From positions 341,197 to 405,196 of the forward strand of contig CBDFII010000005.1 in assembly GCA_965248115.1 (NCBI GenBank): a stretch of DNA of 64,000 bases, read 5' to 3'. The stretch is from Dehalococcoidia bacterium (GTDB lineage: Bacteria; Chloroflexota; Dehalococcoidia; Lucifugimonadales; CBDFII01). Made by a program: the position numbers and the translations under genes. Shown one piece after another: positions 44,676 to 53,115 of the stretch. The notes below the pieces were generated by a model. That model was not told the DNA's origin. It saw nothing but the letters and a program-made list of their open reading frames with translations, and did not search any database. How positions within the stretch are numbered: position 1 is the stretch's first letter; each line of letters begins with the position of its first letter.

Positions 44676-46544
44676 ATGTGCGGCATCGTTGGTATATTTG
44701 ATCGGAAGTTCACTCAAGTGGCCCCTGAAACCCTCAGGGGGATGTTGCACTCCATTCAGCACAGGGGGCCTGACGACGAAGGAGTTTATGGTGCCCCGGG
44801 GATTGGGCTGGGATCATGCAGGCTGAGCATTCTGGACCTGTCGCCTGCTGGTCATCAGCCGATGATAGACGAAGAGACAGGCAATTGCATCGCGTACAAT
44901 GGTGAAGTCTACAACTACAAAGAATTGAAAGGGTCCCTTGGGCTTACCGGCTTTAAAAGCCAGACGGATACGGAGGTTATTCTCAAGGCCTACACCAAGT
45001 ACGGTCCAGACTGTGTTCACTACCTCAATGGCATATTCGCCTTCTTTATCTGGGACCCCAGGAACAAGCGGCTATTTTGTGCTAGAGACAGGTTAGGTGT
45101 TAAGCCATTCTTCTACGCCGTTCGCCAGGATGTCTTCTACTTTGGCTCCGAGATTAAGGCCCTGTTTACTTGTGGGATCCCACAGAAGCCCAACTATAAG
45201 ATCATCCACGACTATCTGGCGTATGGGGTTTACGACCACTCCGAGGAGACCTTCTTCCAGGGTATAAAGCAGTTACCCCCAGGATATACATTGACAGTTG
45301 AACCTGACCGATTTGAGTTAGCCAAATATTGGGACATCGGCCCCCAGTTAGAAGCCTCGGATGAATCTGACCGGTTTGACTCCGATAGGTGTAAGGCAGC
45401 ACAAGAAGAGTTCATGACAATTCTGACTGACTCTATTCGCCTGCAGCTTCGTAGCGACGTACCGATAGCTATCCACGTCAGCGGAGGGTTGGACTCCACC
45501 TTGATGTTAGCCACCATCAACAAGATAAACGGAGGGCAAGGTGCACTAAAGGCCTTCTCTTATTACTACGGTGAAGAGAGATACGATGAAAAACCCTTTG
45601 TGGAAGAACTTGTTAAAAACCTTGGTTGGGAAGTTGAATATCACCAGCTTTCCCCAAAAGAGGTTCCAGAGCTGGCCCAAGAGGCTATGTGGCACCAGGA
45701 ACAACCCTATCCTGGAATCATCACATTGGCAAAGCACAAACTGATTAAAGCCAGCCAAGGATTTGGTGCCAAGGTCATCCTGGAGGGCCAGGGGGGTGAT
45801 GAGATCGGCGCGGGATATCAATATTACCTCGGGCCTTATATCCTTGATCTGATCCAAGCTGGCCGACCCGAATTAGCTCTGAGAGAGGTCGACGCATTCG
45901 CACAGCAGAACAGCATGACTCCAGACCGTTCCTTTGCCATGGTCGCCAACGGACTGGCCGCATATTACAAGATGGGCTTCTCAGCAGATGGGACCAGCTT
46001 CGTCAAAACGCATTGTTTGGCGTCTGATTTCCTTGGGGAATATGGACATGAGCCTACCTTCCCCAACCCCTTTAGGTCAAATCTTCTGAACATGCAGTAT
46101 CGGGATATTCTGCACACAAAGCTCCCCCGCATTCTTCGGTCCTGCGATAGGGCATCTATGGCATACGGCCGGGAACTGAGAGTTCCTTTTCTGGACCACA
46201 GACTGGTGGAGTTCACGTTTGCTCTGCCAGGGGCTTTGAAGATCAAAGATGGAGTCCAGAGATTTTTCGTACGGCAGGCTCTAAGGTCCTTTTTCCCTGG
46301 GCGGCTTGCCGATATACCCAAGAGGGCCTTGGTGGACCCTCAAAGGGAGTGGCTAAAAGGTAGTCTAGGGGAGTGGGTCCAAGAGATCTTCTCCTCCCGC
46401 TCTTTCAAGGAGCGAGGGATTTTCAATCAGAAACAGGTACAAAAAGAGTACCTGCAATACAGGTCCATGAGCACCAATATGAACTCCTTCTTCCTCTGGC
46501 AGTGGTTGAGCGTGGAGCTCTGGTTCAGGACGTTCATTGATTAA
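44676..46544 (+). CDS. Asparagine synthase (glutamine-hydrolysing) family amidotransferase (WbpS-like)
   Basis: N-terminal MCGIVG (Ntn Cys2), TDTEVIL, NGIFAF, PP-loop HVSGGLDS. 622 aa. Confidence 0.85.
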   Translation: MCGIVGIFDRKFTQVAPETLRGMLHSIQHRGPDDEGVYGAPGIGLGSCRLSILDLSPAGHQPMIDEETGNCIAYNGEVYNYKELKGSLGLTGFKSQTDTEVILKAYTKYGPDCVHYLNGIFAFFIWDPRNKRLFCARDRLGVKPFFYAVRQDVFYFGSEIKALFTCGIPQKPNYKIIHDYLAYGVYDHSEETFFQGIKQLPPGYTLTVEPDRFELAKYWDIGPQLEASDESDRFDSDRCKAAQEEFMTILTDSIRLQLRSDVPIAIHVSGGLDSTLMLATINKINGGQGALKAFSYYYGEERYDEKPFVEELVKNLGWEVEYHQLSPKEVPELAQEAMWHQEQPYPGIITLAKHKLIKASQGFGAKVILEGQGGDEIGAGYQYYLGPYILDLIQAGRPELALREVDAFAQQNSMTPDRSFAMVANGLAAYYKMGFSADGTSFVKTHCLASDFLGEYGHEPTFPNPFRSNLLNMQYRDILHTKLPRILRSCDRASMAYGRELRVPFLDHRLVEFTFALPGALKIKDGVQRFFVRQALRSFFPGRLADIPKRALVDPQREWLKGSLGEWVQEIFSSRSFKERGIFNQKQVQKEYLQYRSMSTNMNSFFLWQWLSVELWFRTFID

Positions 46545-46869
46545 GGGCGAGAGACCTTTGAGAGACGTGCTGGAAGGCTGTCGCCTTCTAAACTGGGCGA
46601 AATGTTTCGCCCTATGAAGAAGACTTCCTTCTAACATACTTACATCCTATGCTTAATTGCGGACTATACTCTGTCCTACGCACTACGCCATAAAAGAGTC
46701 GGGCACGCACAGTGTCGCAGTGCAGACGAAAGAAGTCGTTCTGTTTCCAGTAGTTTATAATTTGCGACGCTTAAAAGGGCTTCACGTAAGGGCCTGAGTA
46801 AGCTAACGTGTTGGGCGAAGCCTGGCCCCCCGCTAGCGTCGCTCAACCATCTCCGATTCCGCTATCTGA

Positions 46870-47001
46870 GGTGGTGGCTGTTGGTGGTTCAAGTCCCACA
46901 TAATTCCAGAACGAGACTTGGAGATATTTGTGGATTTGGGGGCTGTTTTTGAGCGCTGGGAGACCACCGAACTGTCCTATCTTCAGGACGAGCCGGTGTG
47001 A
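46870..47001 (+). pseudogene. 3'-end relic of an SDR epimerase gene paralogous to 41373..42377
   Basis: Reads ..AVFERWETTELSYLQDEPV*, versus ..NIFERWETTELPYLQDDGV* at 42315..42377. Differences are mostly at third-codon positions. An in-frame stop lies just upstream at 46867. Confidence 0.65.
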
Positions 47002-47069
47002 AAATATGGAGATCGTTCACATAACCTAGGATCGGCTGGCAAAATTCACTTGTTTTCAGGACGCTTTGC

Positions 47070-48437
47070 ATGAATTCGAACATCCCGGCACGATTAGCAG
47101 TTGTGGGGCTGGGCGTTGTTGGCTTGCAGATTGCCAGAGCCTTTGCCCGCTGGTGCCAAACCATAGGTTTCGACATAGACTCTCAGCGGATTCGAGAGCT
47201 TAAAGAGGGCTTTAACCGTAAGGGAGATGTACCTGAAGGGGCGCTGAAAGCTCCTCTTTTGACGTTCACAGACGACCCTGCGGAGTTGGAGAAAGCAAAT
47301 TTTGTTATCGTGACTGTACCTACCCCGGTAGACCAAGCCAGGAGGCCCGATCTCTCCTTTTTGGAAAAGGCTAGCAGTCTCATCGCCATGTCACTAAAAA
47401 ACGGCTGCGAAGGCGAGCGGGAAGGAGAGTCTCCAGTCATCATTGTTTACGAGTCAACCGTCTATCCCGGATGTATAGAGGAGATGTGCATACCAATTTT
47501 AGAAAAGGAGTCTGGACTCAAGGTAGGTGAGGACTTCAAGGTGGGATACTCCCCGGAACGGATAAATCCCGGGGATCCGGAACACAGCTTGGAAAACGTG
47601 GTGAAGTTGGTGTCGGCCCAGGACGCCGACACCCTCGAATACATCGCTCAAGTCTATAGTCTGGTTGTCAAGGCCGGGGTGTACAAAGTGAAGGACATCC
47701 GCACAGCGGAAGCCACAAAACTGGTTGAAAACATTCAGCGAGACGTTAATATCGCTCTAATGAACGAGCTGGCCATGCTTTTCCATCCAATGGGCCTTAA
47801 CACCCAGGAAGTCCTGAAGGTTGCAAAAACTAAGTGGAACTTCCTGCCCTTTGAACCAGGCCTAGTTGGAGGTGATTGCCTTTCAGCCAATTCCTATTAT
47901 CTTGGATCCAAAGCGCAGAAGGTTGGCTACTATCCCGACCTCATCCTGACTGGAAGGCGAGTCAACGAGTCGATGGGCCCTTACATTGCTTTTCAGGCCG
48001 TAAAACTCCTTAATCAGGTCGGAAAGCCCGTAAGAGGTGCTAGGGCTCTGGTGCTAGGTGTGACCTTTAAAGAGAACGTAAAGGACACCAGGAAAAGTCA
48101 GACTCTGGAATTAATCCGTGAGCTCACAGAAAGTGGGGTAGATGTCTTTGTGTATGACCCTGTGGTGGGCCGGGATGAGTTGGCTCAGCTGGGTCTTAAT
48201 CTCTGCTTAGAGCTTTTTGAGGGAACCCAGTTTACATCCAAGCACAAACATTTTCAAACTGACAGTCCCGCATATGACATTCTTATATTTACCGTAGCAC
48301 ATCAAGCTTTCAAACAGCAGCCCATTGAGCGATATCTTGAGCTCCTGGGGGACGGTCCTGGCGTGGTCCTAGACGTAAAGGGCATTTGGCCACAGCAACC
48401 CATTGAAAAGGCAGGCCATGTATATTGGGTTTTGTAG
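47070..48437 (+). CDS. UDP-N-acetyl-hexosamine 6-dehydrogenase-type nucleotide-sugar dehydrogenase (TviB/WbpO/CapL-like)
   Basis: LAVVGLGVVGLQIA NAD fold, VYESTVYPG, GYSPERINPGD, EATKLVENIQRDVNIALMNE, GLVGGDC catalytic Cys region. Confidence 0.8.
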   Translation: MNSNIPARLAVVGLGVVGLQIARAFARWCQTIGFDIDSQRIRELKEGFNRKGDVPEGALKAPLLTFTDDPAELEKANFVIVTVPTPVDQARRPDLSFLEKASSLIAMSLKNGCEGEREGESPVIIVYESTVYPGCIEEMCIPILEKESGLKVGEDFKVGYSPERINPGDPEHSLENVVKLVSAQDADTLEYIAQVYSLVVKAGVYKVKDIRTAEATKLVENIQRDVNIALMNELAMLFHPMGLNTQEVLKVAKTKWNFLPFEPGLVGGDCLSANSYYLGSKAQKVGYYPDLILTGRRVNESMGPYIAFQAVKLLNQVGKPVRGARALVLGVTFKENVKDTRKSQTLELIRELTESGVDVFVYDPVVGRDELAQLGLNLCLELFEGTQFTSKHKHFQTDSPAYDILIFTVAHQAFKQQPIERYLELLGDGPGVVLDVKGIWPQQPIEKAGHVYWVL

Positions 48438-48499
48438 CAATGTTCCCCCAGAAACAAGAATTTTGAATATATATCCGCAGTAGAAGGCTCTATACAGTC

Positions 48500-50218
48500 A
48501 TGGATGGATTGAATAATCTTGTTCGAAGGACGAGGAAACGCCTTAGTGGGTTGGCCATCGTCCGCTGGGCATGGGCCACTGTAAATTCTAGTTTCCGTGG
48601 TCGGGAGCGAACCCTCCGTCAGGCCTATGAGTCCTTCCACAAGAAGAATGGAAGGGCACTCGGCTATAACATACTTCCAGGGGGCTTAAACGAGAAGAGG
48701 GTTCTAATTGCGGGTTGTGGGTTCCTGAACGTCATAGGCATGGAACTTGGCCTAATAAAGGGACTAGAAGCGGCCGGTTTCAGCCCTATTCTCCTTCTTC
48801 ATCGGAACCCCTGGTTCATTAGGTTCTACCGACTTGCCGGGGTAAGACACTTCTTGTTTTGGGATGATTTCATTAGGCCTGTTTCACTTAGGAAGGCTAG
48901 CGAGGCCTTGGAAAGAGTACGCTTTATAGCAGACCTGCTCAGCATTGAGCATGCTGGCGTAAGAGTCGGGCGCTTTACAGCAGCTACAGCTTTGAGGCAA
49001 CTCAGGGCAGGTAGCCTGGACTTCTCTTCGTACCACTCCAGCGAGCAGGTGAGGTTATGTTTGAGCAAGAGCATGGAATACGCTCAGGCAGCTGGAAGGA
49101 TTATCGCCAAAGTAAAACCAGACTCTGCCTTGTTTGTAGACAGGGGCTATACTCCCCAAGGGGAACTATTCGATGTCTGTTTGGCGAATGGGGTTGACAG
49201 CATCACCTGGAATGCGGGCCATAAGAGCAACACGTTAATGCTAAAGCGTTATCGCATGGATAACAGAGACGAACATCCATTCTCCCTTTCCGAAGACACT
49301 TGGCGAAGGCTTCGCGATCTGGCATGGACTGAAACCCATCGTCTGCGCCTGTACCAGGAACTGTATAACAGCTATGCCAGTGGTGACTGGTATAGCGAAG
49401 AGGGTACTCAATTCCACAAGCTAATGTTGCAATCGGATGAAGTTAGACAACGAGTTAAACTTGATCCAGAGAAGAAAACAGCGATTATATTCCCGCCCAT
49501 CTTGTGGGATGGCTCGTTCTTCTGGGGACAAGATCTTTTCGCAGGTTACGAAGATTGGCTGATTGAAACTATTAAAATAGCCTATATGAATAGCAATGTA
49601 AACTGGATTATTAAGGTGCACCCATCCAACCTGATCAAAGATGCGCGGGACGGTGTCCTGGGGGAACCGGCGGAGATGAGGGTTATGCACGAGCATTTTG
49701 GTGAGCTGCCGCCTCACATTTTCGTCATCCCGGCAGACACCGACATCAGCACCTTTTCTCTTTTTGGGTTGGCGGACTATTGCGTGACAGTACGCGGTAC
49801 TGTAGGTATCGAGGCCGCAACCTTTGGCATTCCGGTTTTCACCGCTGGTACTGGTCGGTACGATCACAAGGGCTTCACTGTGGACTCGGAGTCTAGGGAA
49901 GAATATCTGACTAGGCTAAATCGCATCCATGAGCAGCCTGCTCTCTCCCCAGAGCAACAGGAACTAGCCGAGCGATATGCCTATGGTGTTTTTGTGATGC
50001 GCCCCCTCCCCTTGACAACGGTGACGTTAGAATTTGAGCAGGACAAGATAGCCACGGGCAGGACTCAAATCAATGTCAGGACAAAGGAAGATTGGCTTAA
50101 GGCGACAGACGTCAGCGCCATTGCCCGATGGGTATGTGATAGGGGAAAGGAAGACTTTCTGGCAGATCTGTTGATAGAGAGCCATGCGAAGGAGAACCTT
50201 CGATACATCGGTGCGTGA
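48500..50218 (+). CDS. Candidate capsule-synthesis (KpsC/KpsS/LpsZ-like) glycosyltransferase
   Basis: From memory of the family: the N-terminal RVLIAGCGF..G segment, IIKVHPSN (HP motif) and CVTVRGTVGIEAATFGIPVFTAGTGRYDHKGFT resemble the KpsC/KpsS C-terminal core. Needs HMM confirmation. Confidence 0.45.
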   Translation: MDGLNNLVRRTRKRLSGLAIVRWAWATVNSSFRGRERTLRQAYESFHKKNGRALGYNILPGGLNEKRVLIAGCGFLNVIGMELGLIKGLEAAGFSPILLLHRNPWFIRFYRLAGVRHFLFWDDFIRPVSLRKASEALERVRFIADLLSIEHAGVRVGRFTAATALRQLRAGSLDFSSYHSSEQVRLCLSKSMEYAQAAGRIIAKVKPDSALFVDRGYTPQGELFDVCLANGVDSITWNAGHKSNTLMLKRYRMDNRDEHPFSLSEDTWRRLRDLAWTETHRLRLYQELYNSYASGDWYSEEGTQFHKLMLQSDEVRQRVKLDPEKKTAIIFPPILWDGSFFWGQDLFAGYEDWLIETIKIAYMNSNVNWIIKVHPSNLIKDARDGVLGEPAEMRVMHEHFGELPPHIFVIPADTDISTFSLFGLADYCVTVRGTVGIEAATFGIPVFTAGTGRYDHKGFTVDSESREEYLTRLNRIHEQPALSPEQQELAERYAYGVFVMRPLPLTTVTLEFEQDKIATGRTQINVRTKEDWLKATDVSAIARWVCDRGKEDFLADLLIESHAKENLRYIGA

Positions 50219-50309
50219 TCACCGAAGCAACTTGAGAAGTTAATATGTAGGTTTGCTATCCATCCCTCACTGCGCAATCAACGGAGATGTGTTTCCTTCG
50301 AAGTTTAAT

Positions 50310-51626
50310 ATGGCTCGGAATTCTATGGTACTGAACGTTCTTCACGTTAGTCCTCCCAATGACGGGGGATCCGGACGGGCTACTTTTAGATTGCACTCTG
50401 GTCTGACGCGACTCGGGGTTCGGTCACGTGTGTTGGTGGGATCAAAGCGGGACGATACTGAGGATGTTCGCCAGATCTGGAGCAACAATCTAGTGTGGTT
50501 GTTGGATCGAATCGGGGGGAAGATTACGAAACGGCTGAGCCTTCGGAACCTATTCTATGCTTCGTCTTTTAGTTTGCCTTTTCGGCGGTGGTTCCGGGAG
50601 GCAAACATTTTGCAACTATGCAACATCCCTGGGATATTTAGTCATACAGCTCTGGCATATTTGAGTAGGCTACGTCCTGTTGTCTGGAGACTCGATGATA
50701 TGTGGAGCTTCACAGGTGAGTGCTCCTACTCTTATGAATGTCAGCGCTGGTTGAATGGCTGCGGGTCATGTCCTCTATGGGTTGGTAGGAACAATGGCCT
50801 CCCCAAATCTAGTGAGTATGTGAATTTACCCAGGGATTCGACAGCCATGTTATGGCACATTAAGAATTGGACATATAAACACTCACGATTGCTCATTGTT
50901 ACTCCGTCCCAGTGGATGGCCAATCTCGCTCAGGCGAGTCCTCTACTGCAGCGGTTCCCAATTCATGTCATCCCTTATGGGCTCGACATAAGTATCTTTC
51001 GCCCTATTCCGAAAGCAGAGGCCCGGGAGAAGTTAGGAATAGACCCTGCCTTGAAGCTGATTTTGTTTAGTTCTCATGTGACAGACTCGCCACGTAAAGG
51101 GAGCACTTTCTTAAGGAAGGCTCTGGATGAGCTCTCATATTCAGGTCCGTCGAACATCGCACTTCTTGTCGTCGGGTTAAATGCGGACCAGTGGGACTTG
51201 CCCTTAGAATATCCCACGAAATGTGTAGGGCTAGTGGATACCGAGGAGATGATGGCTGTCATATATTCAGCTGCCGATCTTTTTGTGTTGCCCACGCTTG
51301 CTGACAACCTGCCTTTGAGCATCATGGAGAGTATGGCATGCGGCACACCAGTGATCTCCTTCGATGTGGGAGGAGTTCCTGAAATGGTTCGTCATATGGA
51401 AACGGGCTACTTGGCGAGGTACAAGGATAGCCATGACCTGGCCGCTGGTATTCGGCTTTTGCTGAACGACGATGACCTGCGTGGGCAGATGGGGCAGAGA
51501 TGCCGGGCGATTGCAGAGTCCGAGTATCCTCTGGTTTTGCAGGCCAGGCGGTATTTAGATTTATACAATGACGCAATAGAGAAACACAGGTCAAAGATAC
51601 CGGAGTTTGGCAAGAAGGAGCAGTGA
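50310..51626 (+). CDS. GT4-type (GT-B) glycosyltransferase
   Basis: MARNSMVLNVLHV start. C-terminal PTLADNLPLSIMESMACGTPVISFDVGGVPEMV (EX7E-like). Confidence 0.8.
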   Translation: MARNSMVLNVLHVSPPNDGGSGRATFRLHSGLTRLGVRSRVLVGSKRDDTEDVRQIWSNNLVWLLDRIGGKITKRLSLRNLFYASSFSLPFRRWFREANILQLCNIPGIFSHTALAYLSRLRPVVWRLDDMWSFTGECSYSYECQRWLNGCGSCPLWVGRNNGLPKSSEYVNLPRDSTAMLWHIKNWTYKHSRLLIVTPSQWMANLAQASPLLQRFPIHVIPYGLDISIFRPIPKAEAREKLGIDPALKLILFSSHVTDSPRKGSTFLRKALDELSYSGPSNIALLVVGLNADQWDLPLEYPTKCVGLVDTEEMMAVIYSAADLFVLPTLADNLPLSIMESMACGTPVISFDVGGVPEMVRHMETGYLARYKDSHDLAAGIRLLLNDDDLRGQMGQRCRAIAESEYPLVLQARRYLDLYNDAIEKHRSKIPEFGKKEQ

Positions 51627-51816
51627 GGAGCTTTCATAAAATCCAGAAAATGCAAGGGAATTCTGGTGAGTGGTCAAGTGCAGCACTCAATACCCTTTAC
51701 TAAGAGGTTTTTGAAAAACAGAACTTGCCGCCAAACTGAGAGTTAGAACGTGTTCCTGGAGAAAGGTCTTTCCTGAAGTAGAATGTCGGTGGGGAGGCGC
51801 AGGCAAGTCGAATGGC

Positions 51817-52845
51817 GTGGCCGATGTGAGAGACATAGGAATTAAAGAAACGTTGAATGATTTGGGAGTTCACCCTTCAGTCTTTCATTTGAAGAGGACC
51901 GATATCCTACCCGATACTCCAGTCCCCCCCGGAGAGTCTGAGGGGCGGCCTCTGAAACTAGTGGTCGTGGTTCCGGTTCATAATCGGAAGGCTATAACCT
52001 TGCAGTGTCTACGCAGTCTGTATGACACGGACCATGCAGGCCTGAACTTGCACGTCATCGTAGTGGACGACGGCTCAACCGACGGCACAGGTGACGCTAT
52101 TAGACGGCAGTTCCCACAAGTGGAGATTCTAACTGGGGACGGCAATTTACGCTACACCAAGGGTACCAACCTTGGACTACACGCAGCACTACGAGGGAAA
52201 GCCGACTACATTCTAACTATTAACGACGACTCAATCTTCCACCAACGGTCCCTGGTTTATATGGTGAGGTGTGCACAGACTTATTCACGTTCTGTGGTTG
52301 GTGCGCTACTACTGCGCTGGGACATACCAGAGAAGCCCTACCAGAATGACCCTAAGTGGAACACTTGGTACGCTGGGTGGAGATGGCCCCAGCATGTAAG
52401 AATTCAGGATGTCCCCGATATCGCCTGGCCCGTGGAATTCATACCAGGCAATTGCATCCTGCTTCCGAGGCAAGCCGTTGAAGAAGTCGGCCTGATGAAC
52501 GAGCGTGCCTTTCCCTATGGCTGGGGAGATGCAGAATATACTCCGCGCGTCCGTATGGCCGGCTGGCAGTTGATTCTTGAGCCCAAGGCGCGGGTTTGGA
52601 TTCAGCCAAACTCGTTTTCGCCCTCGTTGCGGAAACTACCCAAAGTGAAAGCCATGCGCGAGCTGTGGCTAGATCGGCGTAGTTATCGGAATTTGTTACA
52701 GACATTTCTTCGGTGCTGGTACGGCGCTCCGTCTCGGAGGCAGGGCCTCTTGGCTTTCGCCATCTTTTTGGCGCGTAGTGGTCTCAAGGCGGTGGGATTG
52801 GGGAGGTCATGGCGGAACCGGCCAGTTCCAGAGCCTAAGAACTAG
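51817..52845 (+). CDS. GT2 (GT-A) glycosyltransferase
   Basis: VVVVPVHNRKAITLQCLRSL, VIVVDDGSTDGT, INDDS (DxD). Confidence 0.8.
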   Translation: MADVRDIGIKETLNDLGVHPSVFHLKRTDILPDTPVPPGESEGRPLKLVVVVPVHNRKAITLQCLRSLYDTDHAGLNLHVIVVDDGSTDGTGDAIRRQFPQVEILTGDGNLRYTKGTNLGLHAALRGKADYILTINDDSIFHQRSLVYMVRCAQTYSRSVVGALLLRWDIPEKPYQNDPKWNTWYAGWRWPQHVRIQDVPDIAWPVEFIPGNCILLPRQAVEEVGLMNERAFPYGWGDAEYTPRVRMAGWQLILEPKARVWIQPNSFSPSLRKLPKVKAMRELWLDRRSYRNLLQTFLRCWYGAPSRRQGLLAFAIFLARSGLKAVGLGRSWRNRPVPEPKN

Positions 52846-53115
52846 TCCTCCTATGCTCGTCCCGCTGCATCATGAACGAAAAGTAAGGATCGTCCAAGCT
52901 TACCATGGCCACACTTCAAGTTTTAGCCAAGCCATGGGCTCTTTCTCCTTTAAGGACAATTATCAGGCAATGTATGATGCAACAGGCAAAGGCACGGTAA
53001 CACCCAAGCCCTTTACTATAAGAATGCTTCCATGAATGATAGTCAAAGGTAGCTAGGCCACCAAAATGCTCTTATGTCATGAGACGTTTCACAGCAGATG
53101 TATAGGAGACATTAG

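Noticed and set aside
44676-46544. AsnB homolog as a lasso-peptide cyclase (RiPP cluster).
   Set aside because: It retains the N-terminal MCGIVG glutamine-amidotransferase nucleophile. No transglutaminase-like protease or precursor peptide gene is nearby. The context is entirely nucleotide-sugar metabolism.
52778-53035. 85-aa ORF covering the 270-bp spacer after the GT2 gene (..KVRIVQAYHGHTSSFSQ..).
   Set aside because: It begins inside the GT2 gene in another frame. The faint resemblance of KVRIVQAYHG to GT4 N-termini is too weak to call another relic.
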